61,588 nucleotides of DNA, filler included, from 7 parts of 7 records of this genome joined end to end with filler, not necessarily neighbours in it; one strand, 5' to 3'; counted from the first letter of the whole stretch, positions 19,430 to 30,129 are shown. The notes: generated from the sequence alone by a model not told the origin. Made by a program: numbers and translations.

Positions 19430-21127
19430 ATGACGCAGCACAACAACCAAGGTTCACGTCTAGATACTAGCCGCACAATCCGTGCCCCCCACGGCACAAC
19501 GCTTCGTGCTAAATCTTGGTTAACAGAAGCTCCGCTTCGTATGTTGATGAACAACCTAGACCCAGATGTAGCAGAGCACCCGCATTCACTGGTTGTATAC
19601 GGTGGTATTGGCCGTGCAGCTCGTAACTGGGAATGCTATGACAAAATCGTAGAAGTACTAGAGCGTTTGGAAGACGACCAAACTCTAGTGGTTCAATCTG
19701 GTAAACCTGTTGGCGTTTTCCCTACTCACAAAAACGCGCCTCGAGTATTGATTGCAAACTCAAACATCGTCCCTCACTGGGCGAACTGGGAGCACTTCAA
19801 CCAACTGGATAAAGAAGGTTTGATGATGTACGGCCAGATGACAGCAGGTTCATGGATTTACATCGGTTCACAAGGCATCGTACAAGGCACATACGAAACA
19901 TTCGTATCTGTTGCTAAAAAGCACTTCGACGGTGAAGCAAAAGGACGCTGGGTATTAACTGGCGGCCTAGGCGGTATGGGTGGCGCTCAACCTCTTGCTG
20001 CAACGATGGCAGGTTTCTCGATGATCGCAGTTGAATGTGATGAATCACGTATCGATTACCGTCTGCGTACTCGTTATGTTGATAAGAAAGCAACAAGCTT
20101 AGATGAAGCATTAGCAATCATCAAAGAATCTGAAGAGCCAGTATCTGTTGGTCTAGTCGGTAACGCTGCTGACGTCTTCCAAGAGCTGGTAGACCGTAAC
20201 ATCACACCTGACGTAGTGACAGACCAAACATCGGCACACGACCCATTAAACGGCTACCTACCACAAGGTTGGAGCATGGAACACGCTGCTGAAATGCGCA
20301 TCAATGATGAAGCTGCTGTGGTTAAAGCAGCAAAAGCTTCAATGGCAGTACAAGTTCGTGCAATGCTTGAGCTTCAAGAACGTGGCGCTGCTACTTTGGA
20401 TTACGGTAACAATATCCGCCAAATGGCATTGGAAGAAGGCGTAGAAAACGCATTTGACTTCCCGGGTTTTGTACCTGCATACATTCGTCCACTATTCTGT
20501 GAAGGTATTGGCCCATTCCGTTGGGCTGTGCTGTCTGGTGATCCTGAAGATATCTACAAAACAGACCAAAAAGTAAAAGAACTGATCCCTGACAACCCGC
20601 AGCTACATAACTGGCTAGACATGGCTCGTGAGCGCATCAGTTTCCAAGGCCTACCAGCACGTATATGCTGGGTTGGCCTGAAAGATCGTGAGCGTCTTGG
20701 TCAAGCATTCAACGAAATGGTTAAGAACGGCGAACTAAAAGCGCCTATCGTCATTGGTCGTGACCATTTAGACTCAGGCTCAGTTGCAAGTCCTAACCGT
20801 GAAACTGAAGGCATGATGGACGGTTCAGATGCTATATCTGACTGGCCACTATTAAACGCACTGCTAAATACTGCAGGTGGTGCGACTTGGGTTTCACTGC
20901 ACCACGGTGGTGGCGTAGGCATGGGCTTCTCACAACACTCCGGTATGGTTATCTGTTGTGATGGTTCACAAGATGCATCAGAGCGTATTGCTCGCGTTCT
21001 TCATAACGACCCGGCAACTGGTGTTATGCGTCACGCTGATGCGGGTTACGACATCGCTAAACGCTGTGCGAAAGAACAAAAACTTGATCTACCTATGCTC
21101 AACGAAGAGCTGGCTAAACTGAAGTAA
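19430..21127 (+). CDS. hutU: Urocanate hydratase
   Basis: [32 protein letters not shown]. Confidence 0.98.
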   Translation: MTQHNNQGSRLDTSRTIRAPHGTTLRAKSWLTEAPLRMLMNNLDPDVAEHPHSLVVYGGIGRAARNWECYDKIVEVLERLEDDQTLVVQSGKPVGVFPTHKNAPRVLIANSNIVPHWANWEHFNQLDKEGLMMYGQMTAGSWIYIGSQGIVQGTYETFVSVAKKHFDGEAKGRWVLTGGLGGMGGAQPLAATMAGFSMIAVECDESRIDYRLRTRYVDKKATSLDEALAIIKESEEPVSVGLVGNAADVFQELVDRNITPDVVTDQTSAHDPLNGYLPQGWSMEHAAEMRINDEAAVVKAAKASMAVQVRAMLELQERGAATLDYGNNIRQMALEEGVENAFDFPGFVPAYIRPLFCEGIGPFRWAVLSGDPEDIYKTDQKVKELIPDNPQLHNWLDMARERISFQGLPARICWVGLKDRERLGQAFNEMVKNGELKAPIVIGRDHLDSGSVASPNRETEGMMDGSDAISDWPLLNALLNTAGGATWVSLHHGGGVGMGFSQHSGMVICCDGSQDASERIARVLHNDPATGVMRHADAGYDIAKRCAKEQKLDLPMLNEELAKLK

Positions 21128-21138
21128 GGACATCATCA

Positions 21139-22674
21139 ATGTTAAATTTAGTCATTAAACCGGGCACCTTGTCACTAAACCAACTGCGCAAAGTAAGCCG
21201 TTCACCGGTTGTGCTTTCGCTTGACCCTGAAGCGATTCCTGCGATTGAACGCAGCACGCAAGTTGTTGAGCAAGTGATCGCTGAAGGTCGCACTGTTTAT
21301 GGTATCAACACTGGCTTTGGTCTTTTAGCGAACACCAAAATCGCACCAGAAGATCTCGAAACATTACAAAGAAGTATCGTACTTTCTCACGCTGCAGGTA
21401 TCGGTAAATTCATGTCTGACGAAACCGTTCGTCTGATGATGGTTCTGAAAATCAACAGCCTTGCGCGCGGTTTCTCTGGTATTCGCTTAGAAGTGCTAGA
21501 AGCATTGATGTCTTTGGTTAATCATCAGGTTTACCCATGTGTTCCACAGAAAGGTTCTGTGGGCGCATCTGGTGACTTAGCACCTCTGGCTCATATGAGC
21601 ACAGTGTTGCTTGGTGAAGGTCAGGCTCGCCACAATGGTAAAATCATTTCTGGTTTAGAAGCGTTAAAAATTGCAGGTTTGTCTCCAATTACACTTGCAC
21701 CGAAAGAAGGTCTTGCTCTGCTAAATGGTACTCAGGCTTCTACAGCATTCGCTCTGGAAGGCTTATTTATGGCAGAAGACCTATTCGCGTCAGCAACGGT
21801 TTGTGGTGCGATGTCTGTTGAAGCTGCACTGGGTAGCCGTCGTCCATTCGACCACCGTATCCACGAAGTACGTGGTCACCAAGGCCAAATCGATGCAGCT
21901 GCGGCTTACCGTCACCTATTGGATGAGACCAGTGAAGTTGGTCAATCTCATACCTCATGTGAAAAAGTACAGGACCCATACTCACTACGTTGCCAACCTC
22001 AGGTGATGGGTGCGTGTCTACAGCAAATCCGCAACTCGGCAGAAATTCTGAGAACAGAAGCAAACTCTGTATCAGATAACCCACTGGTCTTTGCGGAAGA
22101 AGGCGACATCATCTCTGGTGGTAACTTCCATGCAGAACCTGTAGCCATGGCAGCAGACAACTTAGCACTAGCGATTGCTGAGATTGGTAGTTTGTCAGAG
22201 CGTCGTATGGCACTTCTCATCGACAGCGCGCTAAGCAAATTGCCGCCATTCCTGGTAGACAATGGCGGTGTTAACTCAGGTTTTATGATTGCACAGGTAA
22301 CGTCAGCAGCACTGGCCAGCGAGAACAAGACTCTGGCTCACCCGGCATCTGTCGATAGCTTACCAACGTCTGCTAACCAAGAAGACCATGTATCAATGGC
22401 AACTTTCGCTGGCCGTCGTCTTCGCGATATGAGCGAAAATACCCGTGGTATTCTGGCCGTTGAATACTTGTCATCAGCGCAAGGCTTAGATTTCCGCGCA
22501 CCAAACAAGTCGTCAGCTCGCGTTGAAGAAGCGAAACAGATTCTGCGTGAAAAAGTGTCTTTCTACGATAAAGACCGCTATTTCTCCCCGGATATTGAAC
22601 AAGCAAATACTCTACTAAAACTGGCGGTACACAACCACTTAATGCCAGCAAATATTTTACCAAGTATTCAATGA
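21139..22674 (+). CDS. hutH: Histidine ammonia-lyase
   Basis: [11 protein letters not shown]-forming [16 protein letters not shown]. Confidence 0.98.
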   Translation: MLNLVIKPGTLSLNQLRKVSRSPVVLSLDPEAIPAIERSTQVVEQVIAEGRTVYGINTGFGLLANTKIAPEDLETLQRSIVLSHAAGIGKFMSDETVRLMMVLKINSLARGFSGIRLEVLEALMSLVNHQVYPCVPQKGSVGASGDLAPLAHMSTVLLGEGQARHNGKIISGLEALKIAGLSPITLAPKEGLALLNGTQASTAFALEGLFMAEDLFASATVCGAMSVEAALGSRRPFDHRIHEVRGHQGQIDAAAAYRHLLDETSEVGQSHTSCEKVQDPYSLRCQPQVMGACLQQIRNSAEILRTEANSVSDNPLVFAEEGDIISGGNFHAEPVAMAADNLALAIAEIGSLSERRMALLIDSALSKLPPFLVDNGGVNSGFMIAQVTSAALASENKTLAHPASVDSLPTSANQEDHVSMATFAGRRLRDMSENTRGILAVEYLSSAQGLDFRAPNKSSARVEEAKQILREKVSFYDKDRYFSPDIEQANTLLKLAVHNHLMPANILPSIQ

Positions 22675-22687
22675 GTTAAATAAATTT

Positions 22688-22714
22688 AAAAGAGCCCAAA
22701 AGGGCTCTTTTTTT
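22688..22714 (+). terminator. Intrinsic terminator of the hut operon
   Basis: AAAAGAGCCC-aaaa-GGGCTCTTTTTTT. Confidence 0.85.
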
Positions 22715-22747
22715 GTTGTGAGCGATGGGTTGAAAATACGTATAAAA

Positions 22748-22763
22748 AGTGAGAAACATCACT
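22748..22763. promoter_or_regulatory. CRP-like palindromic site
   Basis: AGTGA-N6-TCACT upstream of TATAAT (22793-22798). Confidence 0.4.
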
Positions 22764-22828
22764 GATTGGACCATTAAAAAATGTTTACCAGTTATAATTC
22801 AACCTGTTTTGATTATTTAGCGTAAATT

Positions 22829-23548
22829 ATGTTTCTGAATCCATATTTCTCAAGCCAAGATAAGCAGTTCCAATTCACTCGCGAGCAAGCTAGCCACTTC
22901 GCTAAAAAAGTCGCAGGTGACTTCAACCCTATTCACGATGAAGACAATAAACGCTTCTGTGTGCCTGGTGATCTTTTATTCGCAGTATTGCTAAAACAAG
23001 AAGGTATTAGTAAGAAAATGCGTTTCAAGTTCTCGGGTATGGTGAACAACGGAATTGCTCTGCACATTGAGAACAAGTGCGACAAAGAAAGTGCGGTAGT
23101 CGATGAAGCAGGTAAAGAGTACTTGCACATGAGCCGTGAAGGTGAAGTGAGCCATGATGCTGCATTCATCGAGCACGTAGTGACAAATTACGTTCAGTTT
23201 TCAGGTATGAACTTCCCTCACATCATGGTTCCTCTTATGGAAGAGCAACAGATGATGATCAACCCACAACGTCCACTCGTTATCTACGAGAGCATGGAAG
23301 TTGAGTTCGAACGCCTAGACCTAACTGACCCAGAAGTTGAATTCTCTGGTGCAACTTTCGATGTCGAAGGTAAACGTGGTGTGGTAACCATGAACTTTGC
23401 GTTTAAAGAGAATGGTGAAATCGTAGGTCGTGGCGTTAAGCGCATGGTCGCAAGTGGCCTTAAGCCATACGAGCAACCAGCCATTGATGATTTGGTTAAT
23501 CGCTTTAACGATAGAAAAGCCGCGTTTCTAGCCAAAATCGCAGCCTAA
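22829..23548 (+). CDS. DUF3581 family (hot-dog fold-like) protein
   Basis: QASHFAKKVAGDFNPIHD...FCVPGDLLF; conserved neighbour of hutH in Vibrio. Confidence 0.82.
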   Translation: MFLNPYFSSQDKQFQFTREQASHFAKKVAGDFNPIHDEDNKRFCVPGDLLFAVLLKQEGISKKMRFKFSGMVNNGIALHIENKCDKESAVVDEAGKEYLHMSREGEVSHDAAFIEHVVTNYVQFSGMNFPHIMVPLMEEQQMMINPQRPLVIYESMEVEFERLDLTDPEVEFSGATFDVEGKRGVVTMNFAFKENGEIVGRGVKRMVASGLKPYEQPAIDDLVNRFNDRKAAFLAKIAA

Positions 23549-23566
23549 TCAAAGCAAGATTTAACT

Positions 23567-23598
23567 AAGCCCTGCTCAATGAGAGCGGGGCTTTTTTT
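23567..23598 (+). terminator. Intrinsic terminator marking the end of the core region
   Basis: AAGCCCTGCTC/GAGCGGGGCTT stem followed by T7. Confidence 0.8.
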
Positions 23599-23862
23599 GT
23601 TTTTCGAGCTGCTAATATCGGTGGAAAATTAAGTCTAGTAAATGTCCGAGCACGTTTTTGGACATAAACATTTTATAGGTTTTGTTAAATTAGAAAAATA
23701 CAGATTATGTTTAGTATCGCCAATGTAGAGTCTACATGTCTCAGGCCTTACCATTCATATGCATTTGATTTAACTCAAAACTCATTTAATATTAACTGGT
23801 TATTCTTGCTATAAGAATCCTAAATGATTTAACCGTAAACAATAAGTAGGCAATTACCTAAA

Positions 23863-24984
23863 ATGATCCCACTATTTAAAGCTCATACGATAGAAAACCC
23901 AACATTAGTTAACGATGTACTGGAATCGGGAATGCTAGGAGAAGGGAATGTAGTTGCCAAATTCAGAAATGAGCTTGAAACCTTATTTTCACATGAGTAT
24001 GTTTTACCGTTAAACAGTTGTACAAGCTCCCTAATATTAGCTTTAAGGCTATGCAATGTTAGTCATGGTGATGATGTCATTAGTACACCATTTACAATGA
24101 TTGCGACCAACTCAGCAATTCAAGCGCTAGGAGCTAATATAGTTTGGAGTGATATTGAGCCCGAAACACTTTGTGCAAGTTATGACAGTATAAAAAACAG
24201 CATAACAAGTAAAACAAAAGCTATTATTGTAACTTGTGTTGGAGGATTAGTTCCAAGAGAACTAGAGCTTTATGAATCTTTGGGTATCCCTTTAATTTTA
24301 GACTGTGCGCATGCTTTATCTACCCAATATAGAGGAAAGCATATAAGTAAATGGGGGAATTATGCCTGCTTCTCTTTTCAGGCAATAAAGCACTTAACAA
24401 CAGGTGATGGTGGCGCAATTACTTTCAACGGTAATTCACAAAATCAGACATCTGCGTTTTATGATTACTCTTTAGCCGAAAGGCTTAAATGGTTCGGTAT
24501 GAGTAGAGATATTTCCTCATCAAATAGACTAAGACATCAGATGGAAGTAGATATAGAACAAATCGGATATAAATTCCAATTGAATGACATATCTGCAGCA
24601 GTTGGTTTATCATGTTTTAGTAAATCAAAACATGCAATTGAAGCTTCAAGATCAAATGCTAATTATTACTTAAATGAGCTTAGATTTGTAAAAGACTTAC
24701 AATTACTAAAAATTCCAGAAACCTGTATACCATCATGGTGGGTATTTGGTTTTTTATACAAAAATGCACCTAAACTGATTGAGTATTTAATATTAAATGG
24801 TGTACAGGCATCACAATTATGGCGTAGAAATGATGATTATTCTTGTTTTCAATCCTTTTGTTCAGATATGTCCCTTTTAGGAATGGATAAAGTCCAAGAA
24901 CAAGTAGTTTTTATTCCTAGTGGATGGTGGGTGTCAAATAAAGATAGAAAAAAAATCGTCCAGTTAATTTTGGATTTCAAATGA
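23863..24984 (+). CDS. DegT/DnrJ/EryC1/StrS PLP-dependent (sugar) aminotransferase
   Basis: LNSCTSSL, STPFTMIAT, DCAHA, FSFQAIKHLTTGDGG (PLP Lys), GYKFQLNDISAAVG; AT-rich. Confidence 0.92.
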   Translation: MIPLFKAHTIENPTLVNDVLESGMLGEGNVVAKFRNELETLFSHEYVLPLNSCTSSLILALRLCNVSHGDDVISTPFTMIATNSAIQALGANIVWSDIEPETLCASYDSIKNSITSKTKAIIVTCVGGLVPRELELYESLGIPLILDCAHALSTQYRGKHISKWGNYACFSFQAIKHLTTGDGGAITFNGNSQNQTSAFYDYSLAERLKWFGMSRDISSSNRLRHQMEVDIEQIGYKFQLNDISAAVGLSCFSKSKHAIEASRSNANYYLNELRFVKDLQLLKIPETCIPSWWVFGFLYKNAPKLIEYLILNGVQASQLWRRNDDYSCFQSFCSDMSLLGMDKVQEQVVFIPSGWWVSNKDRKKIVQLILDFK

Positions 24985-24999
24985 TGATAGGTATCTGAT

Positions 25000-26076
25000 A
25001 TGTCGGAAGAAAATAGTGCAATATTTAGAACGCTAGGTGTAACTCCAGAGCAGGTTATTGGGTACTTATACTCCGGATTTCTATCTTTGATTTGTATTAC
25101 CTTTATTGATCCAGACGATGTAAAGCTTGTAAGTAATTCTTTAGGTGGGATTTTATTTTCTGCTACGGTTATGACATTAGGAATTGGAATTTTTACTTTC
25201 TACTTTAAGGTCATTGGTGAAATTTTCTTGTTTCCATTTCAATATCTTATTCACCAAGAATGGGATAGAATAAGAGGAAAAATAGGGGAGGAACATACAG
25301 CCACTACTGCCTTTCTAAGTCATATTGGAGTCCATAAAGGGCTTTCTCACCACGCATATCAAGAAATAAAGTCGACTTTATATACCCAAGCAGAAAAACA
25401 GAGAATACATCTTTCTCACGGAGAGTTACACGTACTATATTTGACTTCAGTAATTCTCGGTACTGCAACCGCATTCTCTTATTATAAAGGTAGTGAACAC
25501 TATTTGATATTAATATTCACTATACTTACTATTATTTTTCTCTTGGCAGCATTAGTTGCTGATACCGTACAACAATCCATTGAAACCAACATTATAAAAA
25601 ATATGGATAGAAAAAAACTTATCGATGAACTGTGCTCCAAAGGGTTTATCGATAAGCCTAAAAATGAATATGTTTCTATTGAACATATCGGTATTAATAC
25701 TTCCAACATAGAGCTTTTCGAAAAATTCTGGTGTGACATCATAGGATATGCGAGAGTATATGAGAATAAACTTACTCACGATTTAACTTCAAGCCTTTTC
25801 AAAAAAGATGAAGGCGCAATAGTTCATAAATATACAATGGATGGCTCAATTGACTTGGAACTTCACCTGTTTAAGAGGTCAGTATATAAAACGGACAATC
25901 GGTTTTATATTCAAGGATATAATCATATCGCACTTCATGTATATAATAGAGAGGATTTCTTGAATAAACTGCCCGATAAAATTAGGATACATAGTTATAA
26001 CAACCCTAAGGGCTGGAAAAATATTTTCATTCAAGATTTCGAGGGTAACTGGGTTGAACTTCGAGAGTCTTTCTAG
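25000..26076 (+). CDS. Multi-pass membrane protein fused to a C-terminal VOC/glyoxalase domain
   Basis: About four hydrophobic segments in aa 18-190; VOC motifs IEHIGINTSN, LELH, GYNHIALHV, QDFEGNWVELRE. Confidence 0.8.
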   Translation: MSEENSAIFRTLGVTPEQVIGYLYSGFLSLICITFIDPDDVKLVSNSLGGILFSATVMTLGIGIFTFYFKVIGEIFLFPFQYLIHQEWDRIRGKIGEEHTATTAFLSHIGVHKGLSHHAYQEIKSTLYTQAEKQRIHLSHGELHVLYLTSVILGTATAFSYYKGSEHYLILIFTILTIIFLLAALVADTVQQSIETNIIKNMDRKKLIDELCSKGFIDKPKNEYVSIEHIGINTSNIELFEKFWCDIIGYARVYENKLTHDLTSSLFKKDEGAIVHKYTMDGSIDLELHLFKRSVYKTDNRFYIQGYNHIALHVYNREDFLNKLPDKIRIHSYNNPKGWKNIFIQDFEGNWVELRESF

Positions 26077-26459
26077 GTGTCAACTCCTTACTTTCTCCAA
26101 AGGGTAAGGAGCAAACTGAATTACCAAAGCGGTCGCCTTATACTCCGGATTTAAGTAAGCATAACTGAGCGTCATTTTAAAGTCTGAATGCCCAACAAAC
26201 TAACACACGGTATTCATACGTACCCATGTCATTACAAGCTTACTGGCAAAATAGTGGCGTAAGTCACGAAAGTTAAAGTTCATTAACCTTGCTAGATCTA
26301 CCAACCGTAGCCACTGTGTAGTGGATTAGTACATTTGGCCATTTAACATGAGAAAAGGTTATCAACAAATCAGGATTTCTTATCGACCCAAGCAGATTTT
26401 GGGGCAAAAATGTTCCAGCCCAAACAAGCTGAAACGAAGATGGACAAACCTTGGGAAAT

Positions 26460-26488
26460 TTCGAGTTAGCTCGATTAGCTAACTCGAA
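26460..26488. repeat. Perfect 12-bp inverted repeat
   Basis: TTCGAGTTAGCT-cgatt-AGCTAACTCGAA. Confidence 0.8.
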
Positions 26489-26591
26489 TGACGACACTTC
26501 TGAGCTGAAAAGTGCCAGCTGTGAATGTGGGAGGGAAATTCTTATCTGACTTGTTACCGCAGAGAGATACGGTTTAAGTCCCAATAATCGT

Positions 26592-27263
26592 TTAGGCTAA
26601 TTGATCCACGATGGCTTTACCGACGCCATGAGCGCTTGTAGGGTTCTGCCCTGTGATAACACGGCCATCCACAATCACAAATTCTTGCCAAGGCTGAATT
26701 TTTGAATAACGAGCTGCGCCACGTGTTAGAGACTCTTCCAGAAGGAAAGGGATGTCATTGATGGTGCCAAAATCGATCTCTTCTTCACGAGTGAAACCTG
26801 TCACTGACTTAGACGCAATCAGCTTATCACCATTGCTTAATGTGATCGGAAGAAGAGCAGCAGGGCCATGGCACACGGCAGCGACAATGCCGCCGTCTTC
26901 ATAATGTTTTGCTGAGATTTTTGCAAAGTCTTCGTTGCTCGCCAGATCGGAAAGAAGACCGAAGCCACCTGGATAGAAAATTGCGTCGTAGCTGTCGCCG
27001 TTAATCTGTGACACTGGAATCGTGTTGTTAATACGGTTTTGGAAATCATCATTAGCTAAGATTTTCGCATTCACCTCATCACCCTCGATATCAGTTCCAT
27101 ATAGTGGAGCCTGACCACCTTTAATCGAAGCAATGTCGTACTCGAAGCCAGCAGCAAGTAGTTCGCTAAGTGCATGAGTTAGCTCTGGTGCGTAAGTTCC
27201 GTTTGCTTGGTCTGTTTCACCCAGCGTCGCATGGTTAGTGACAATAATGAGTACTTTCTTCAT
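26592..27263 (-). CDS. DJ-1/PfpI (type 1 glutamine amidotransferase-like) protein
   Basis: PELTH, FYPGGFG, AAVCHGP nucleophile elbow, ITGQNP. Confidence 0.92.
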   Translation of the reverse strand: MKKVLIIVTNHATLGETDQANGTYAPELTHALSELLAAGFEYDIASIKGGQAPLYGTDIEGDEVNAKILANDDFQNRINNTIPVSQINGDSYDAIFYPGGFGLLSDLASNEDFAKISAKHYEDGGIVAAVCHGPAALLPITLSNGDKLIASKSVTGFTREEEIDFGTINDIPFLLEESLTRGAARYSKIQPWQEFVIVDGRVITGQNPTSAHGVGKAIVDQLA

Positions 27264-27380
27264 GATGGTTTCCCTATTAGCTTAGTTGTATTTGTTGAAC
27301 ACCTACATACTAATTGCTAATCAAATGAGTGATAATATACCATATTGACAAAACATTATTGCCATATAGCAAAGGTGGTT

Positions 27381-28265
27381 ATGGACAGTTTCGAAGGCAT
27401 CAACGAGTTTGTTACGGTTGCCGAGAGCCAAGGGTTCTCTGCAGCGGCAAAACAATTGGGTTGCAGTACCAGTCACGTCAGTCGCCAAGTCACCAGGTTA
27501 GAAGAGCGATTAGGTGTCGCCTTACTAGCACGTTCGACAAGAATGGTGAGCTTAACGGAAGCTGGCCAAGCGTATTACCAGCAGTGCAAAGAATTAGTCA
27601 TTGGGCTTCAACAAGCTAATGAACAACTCACCACGCAACAAACGCAATTGAGCGGTACGTTGCGAGTGAGTGCGGCTGGCGGGTTTGCTGAAAACTATGT
27701 CGCGCCAGCTTTAATGGAATTTGCTAAACAACATCCTAATCTAACGGTAGAGATAAACTACAACACCAGCATGGTGAACTTTATTGAAGATGGTTTTGAT
27801 TTTGCTATCCGTTATGGGAGGTTAAGCGATTCAGGGTTAGTAGCGAGAAAGCTTGTAGATCGTCCCATGGCTGCGGCAGCCAGTCAGAGCTACATTGATG
27901 AGCATGGTTTGCCGACTCACCCAGATCAGCTTAAGCATCACAGTTGCATTATCGCTAATAAAGATGTGTGGTTGTTTGAAAAGAATGGCAAGCCTTTAAA
28001 TGGCGTGAGAGTTCAAGGTAGATGGAAAAGCAATAATACCCACACCGTTTTGCAAGCTTGTGCAGAGGGGTTAGGCGTGGCGTATCTACCAAAAAGCAGC
28101 TTTAGCGATGCCATTACATCAGGTCGTTTAGTTCCCGTTCTCGAGCCTTATTGGGGAAGCGGCAGCAGCAGTTGGATTGTATATCAAAACCGTCATTTCC
28201 TACCATTAAGAGCAAGGCTGGCCATCGATTTTCTACTCGACCACTTTGCAGAATGGCAGGAATGA
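27381..28265 (+). CDS. LysR family transcriptional regulator
   Basis: FSAAAKQL...LEERLGVALLARSTR; divergent from the DJ-1 gene; start at ATG 27381. Confidence 0.94.
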   Translation: MDSFEGINEFVTVAESQGFSAAAKQLGCSTSHVSRQVTRLEERLGVALLARSTRMVSLTEAGQAYYQQCKELVIGLQQANEQLTTQQTQLSGTLRVSAAGGFAENYVAPALMEFAKQHPNLTVEINYNTSMVNFIEDGFDFAIRYGRLSDSGLVARKLVDRPMAAAASQSYIDEHGLPTHPDQLKHHSCIIANKDVWLFEKNGKPLNGVRVQGRWKSNNTHTVLQACAEGLGVAYLPKSSFSDAITSGRLVPVLEPYWGSGSSSWIVYQNRHFLPLRARLAIDFLLDHFAEWQE

Positions 28266-28576
28266 CAAATCTCATAATAAATAGCACGAACCAAGCTTAG
28301 AATGGGGGTAAAAACGCGGCGATCACTGTTTCAGCCAAAGCGAACTGAAACTCAGCGAAACAAAATCATGTTGAATGAGTCTTTCATATATATTTTTATT
28401 GGCACATCACTTTGTCGTAAGAGCTTGTGATGCATAACAATTAAACGCCTTGCTACAACACCTTCAAACGAGTAACGGTGATTTAATTAAAAATAAAGGT
28501 ATCTTTAATTAAATAAGTCTGTATAGTGGCACTTGCTCTGACAAAGAGTTGTTTCAAGATAAAATATAAAGAAAGT

Positions 28577-28676
28577 NNNNNNNNNNNNNNNNNNNNNNNN
28601 NNNNNNNNNNNNNNNNNNNNTTAATTAATTAANNNNNNNNNNNNNNNNNNNNNNNNNNNNNNNNNNNNNNNNNNNN
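28577..28676. other. Artificial contig spacer
   Basis: 44 N + TTAATTAATTAA + 44 N. Confidence 0.99.
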
Positions 28677-28897
28677 ATCCTGCGAAACAGGGGATGGGAG
28701 AACAATACTCTGTGATAGTCGGGGTATTCCGTTTTGTCCACAATTCCTTATCGGCATATTGTGAGGGATCTCTTAGAACTGCCGGACGGCGAGGGGGGCG
28801 GGGATCAGAAACAGGAGGGCTCTCAGTTCTTCGATCGTGTGCCGGACAGCACCGTCCCATCGGCCTCCGGTCCCAGGGATTTGATTTACGAGGATGT

Positions 28898-29779
28898 TCA
28901 GCTCTGCCGCAGGGCCTCTCTGCGTATCTCCAGCATCTCCGAGAAAAGGACGCCCGAGATAATCAGGGCGGAGCCCAGTATCTGCAGGGGCGTGAAACTT
29001 TCCCGCAACAGCAGAACGGCGATGATCACCGAGAAAACAGGCTCCAGGGAGTAGAGGATGGCCGCTCTGGTGGGGGTCACGGCATTCTGAAAGCGATTCA
29101 TCAGGTATACGGCCACCACCGAACCGAGAAGACTGAGGTAGATCAGGTTGAACCAGAAAAGGGGTTCGGGACTGATAAAGACCTTTTCCACGAAGGGAGA
29201 GAGACCGAAGGAGATGAGCGCCGCGACGAGCATCTGCAGAAGGGTCAGGGCCGCGGCGTCCTCATCGGAAGACCAGAGATTGATGCAGACGATATAGATG
29301 CTGTAAGAGACGGCGCTGAGCAGGGTGATCATATCTCCCTTGTTCAGGGCGCCGCCTCCGGCTCCGATGCCCGTTACCAGAGACAGGCCGCCGAAGGCGA
29401 TCACAAGGCCCACCAGGTTTGCGGGCAGTGGTCGCTTCTTCAGAATCAGGAACTGGAAGAACGGCGTCAGCAGGGCGTAGAAGTAGGTGATGAACCCCGA
29501 ACGGGCGGCATCGGTGTACTTGAGGCCGATGGTCTGCAGCCCGTAGCCGAAGAACATCAGCACCCCCAGGGCCAGGCCCTTCTTCAGAATGCCGTGACGG
29601 AAGACGCTCCGGCCGGGCCGTAGGAGGACCGCAAAGAAGAGAGACGCCAGGCCGAAGCGCAGGCCCATAAGCAACATGGGGGAAACATAGCCGAGGGCCA
29701 CCTTGATGGAGGGAAAGGTCCCTCCCCATATCAGGGTTATCAGTATCAGCATAAGCTCGGACTTTCTGGTCTTGAACAT
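28898..29779 (-). CDS. DMT/EamA family transporter
   Basis: IWGGTF, LRFGLA, LQTIGLKYT, LEPVFS; two EamA repeats. Confidence 0.92.
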   Translation of the reverse strand: MFKTRKSELMLILITLIWGGTFPSIKVALGYVSPMLLMGLRFGLASLFFAVLLRPGRSVFRHGILKKGLALGVLMFFGYGLQTIGLKYTDAARSGFITYFYALLTPFFQFLILKKRPLPANLVGLVIAFGGLSLVTGIGAGGGALNKGDMITLLSAVSYSIYIVCINLWSSDEDAAALTLLQMLVAALISFGLSPFVEKVFISPEPLFWFNLIYLSLLGSVVAVYLMNRFQNAVTPTRAAILYSLEPVFSVIIAVLLLRESFTPLQILGSALIISGVLFSEMLEIRREALRQS

Positions 29780-29948
29780 GTTGAAAAGCTAACAGAATAG
29801 TGGGGAACGGGCAAGGGCGCAAGAAAGGCCCATTCCCAATCCCTTCAGATTGAAAATGGGCTGGACAGGGAAAGGCCGAACCGGATCAGGCCGGGGGAAG
29901 CCGTTCATCCGATACCCTTTCCCGGGAGTATCTTGATACGGATTTTTC

Positions 29949-30129
29949 AATATCCTGACAGGCGAAGAGATTCTCCTTTAGACAAGGCGGAACCTGAGAA
30001 ACCTGGCCGCAGGCAAGCCTGCTGCCCGGTCATGCATCCATGGGGCGCGGAGTGTACTTCCGTACATGGGCGCCCATCTCAGGATTCCGACGCTGGATCA
30101 AGGTGAAGATCGAAGCCTGTCGGGACATT
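29949..30129. repeat. Nested inverted-repeat (MITE/REP-like) structured element
   Basis: Terminal IR AATATCCTGACAGGC / GCCTGTCGGGACATT (13/15); inner arms GGAACCTGAGA/TCTCAGGATTCC, GCAGGC/GCCTGC, GGGCGC/GCGCCC, TGTAC/GTACA. Confidence 0.65.

Noticed and set aside
26273-26584. 103-aa minus-strand ORF
   Set aside because: TTG start without a clear RBS and no motifs; not supported as a gene
28285-28460. Possible decayed Vibrio integron attC (VXR) pieces after LysR, e.g. TTAAACGCCTTGCTA
   Set aside because: The resemblance is only impressionistic; I could not identify paired RYYYAAC/GTTRRRY boxes or a full hairpin. A covariance-model search is needed.
28677-28741. Possible 5' end of a minus-strand gene (MDKTEYPDYHRVLFSHPLFRR, Crp-like?)
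   Set aside because: Only 21 codons before the contig edge; family cannot be supported
28694-29623. 309-aa plus-strand ORF, and similar long antisense ORFs at 32427-33407, 33647-34477, 39187-40188, 40287-41099, 41099-41857, 42085-42813 and 58911-59630
   Set aside because: Antisense shadows of well-supported genes in GC3-rich DNA
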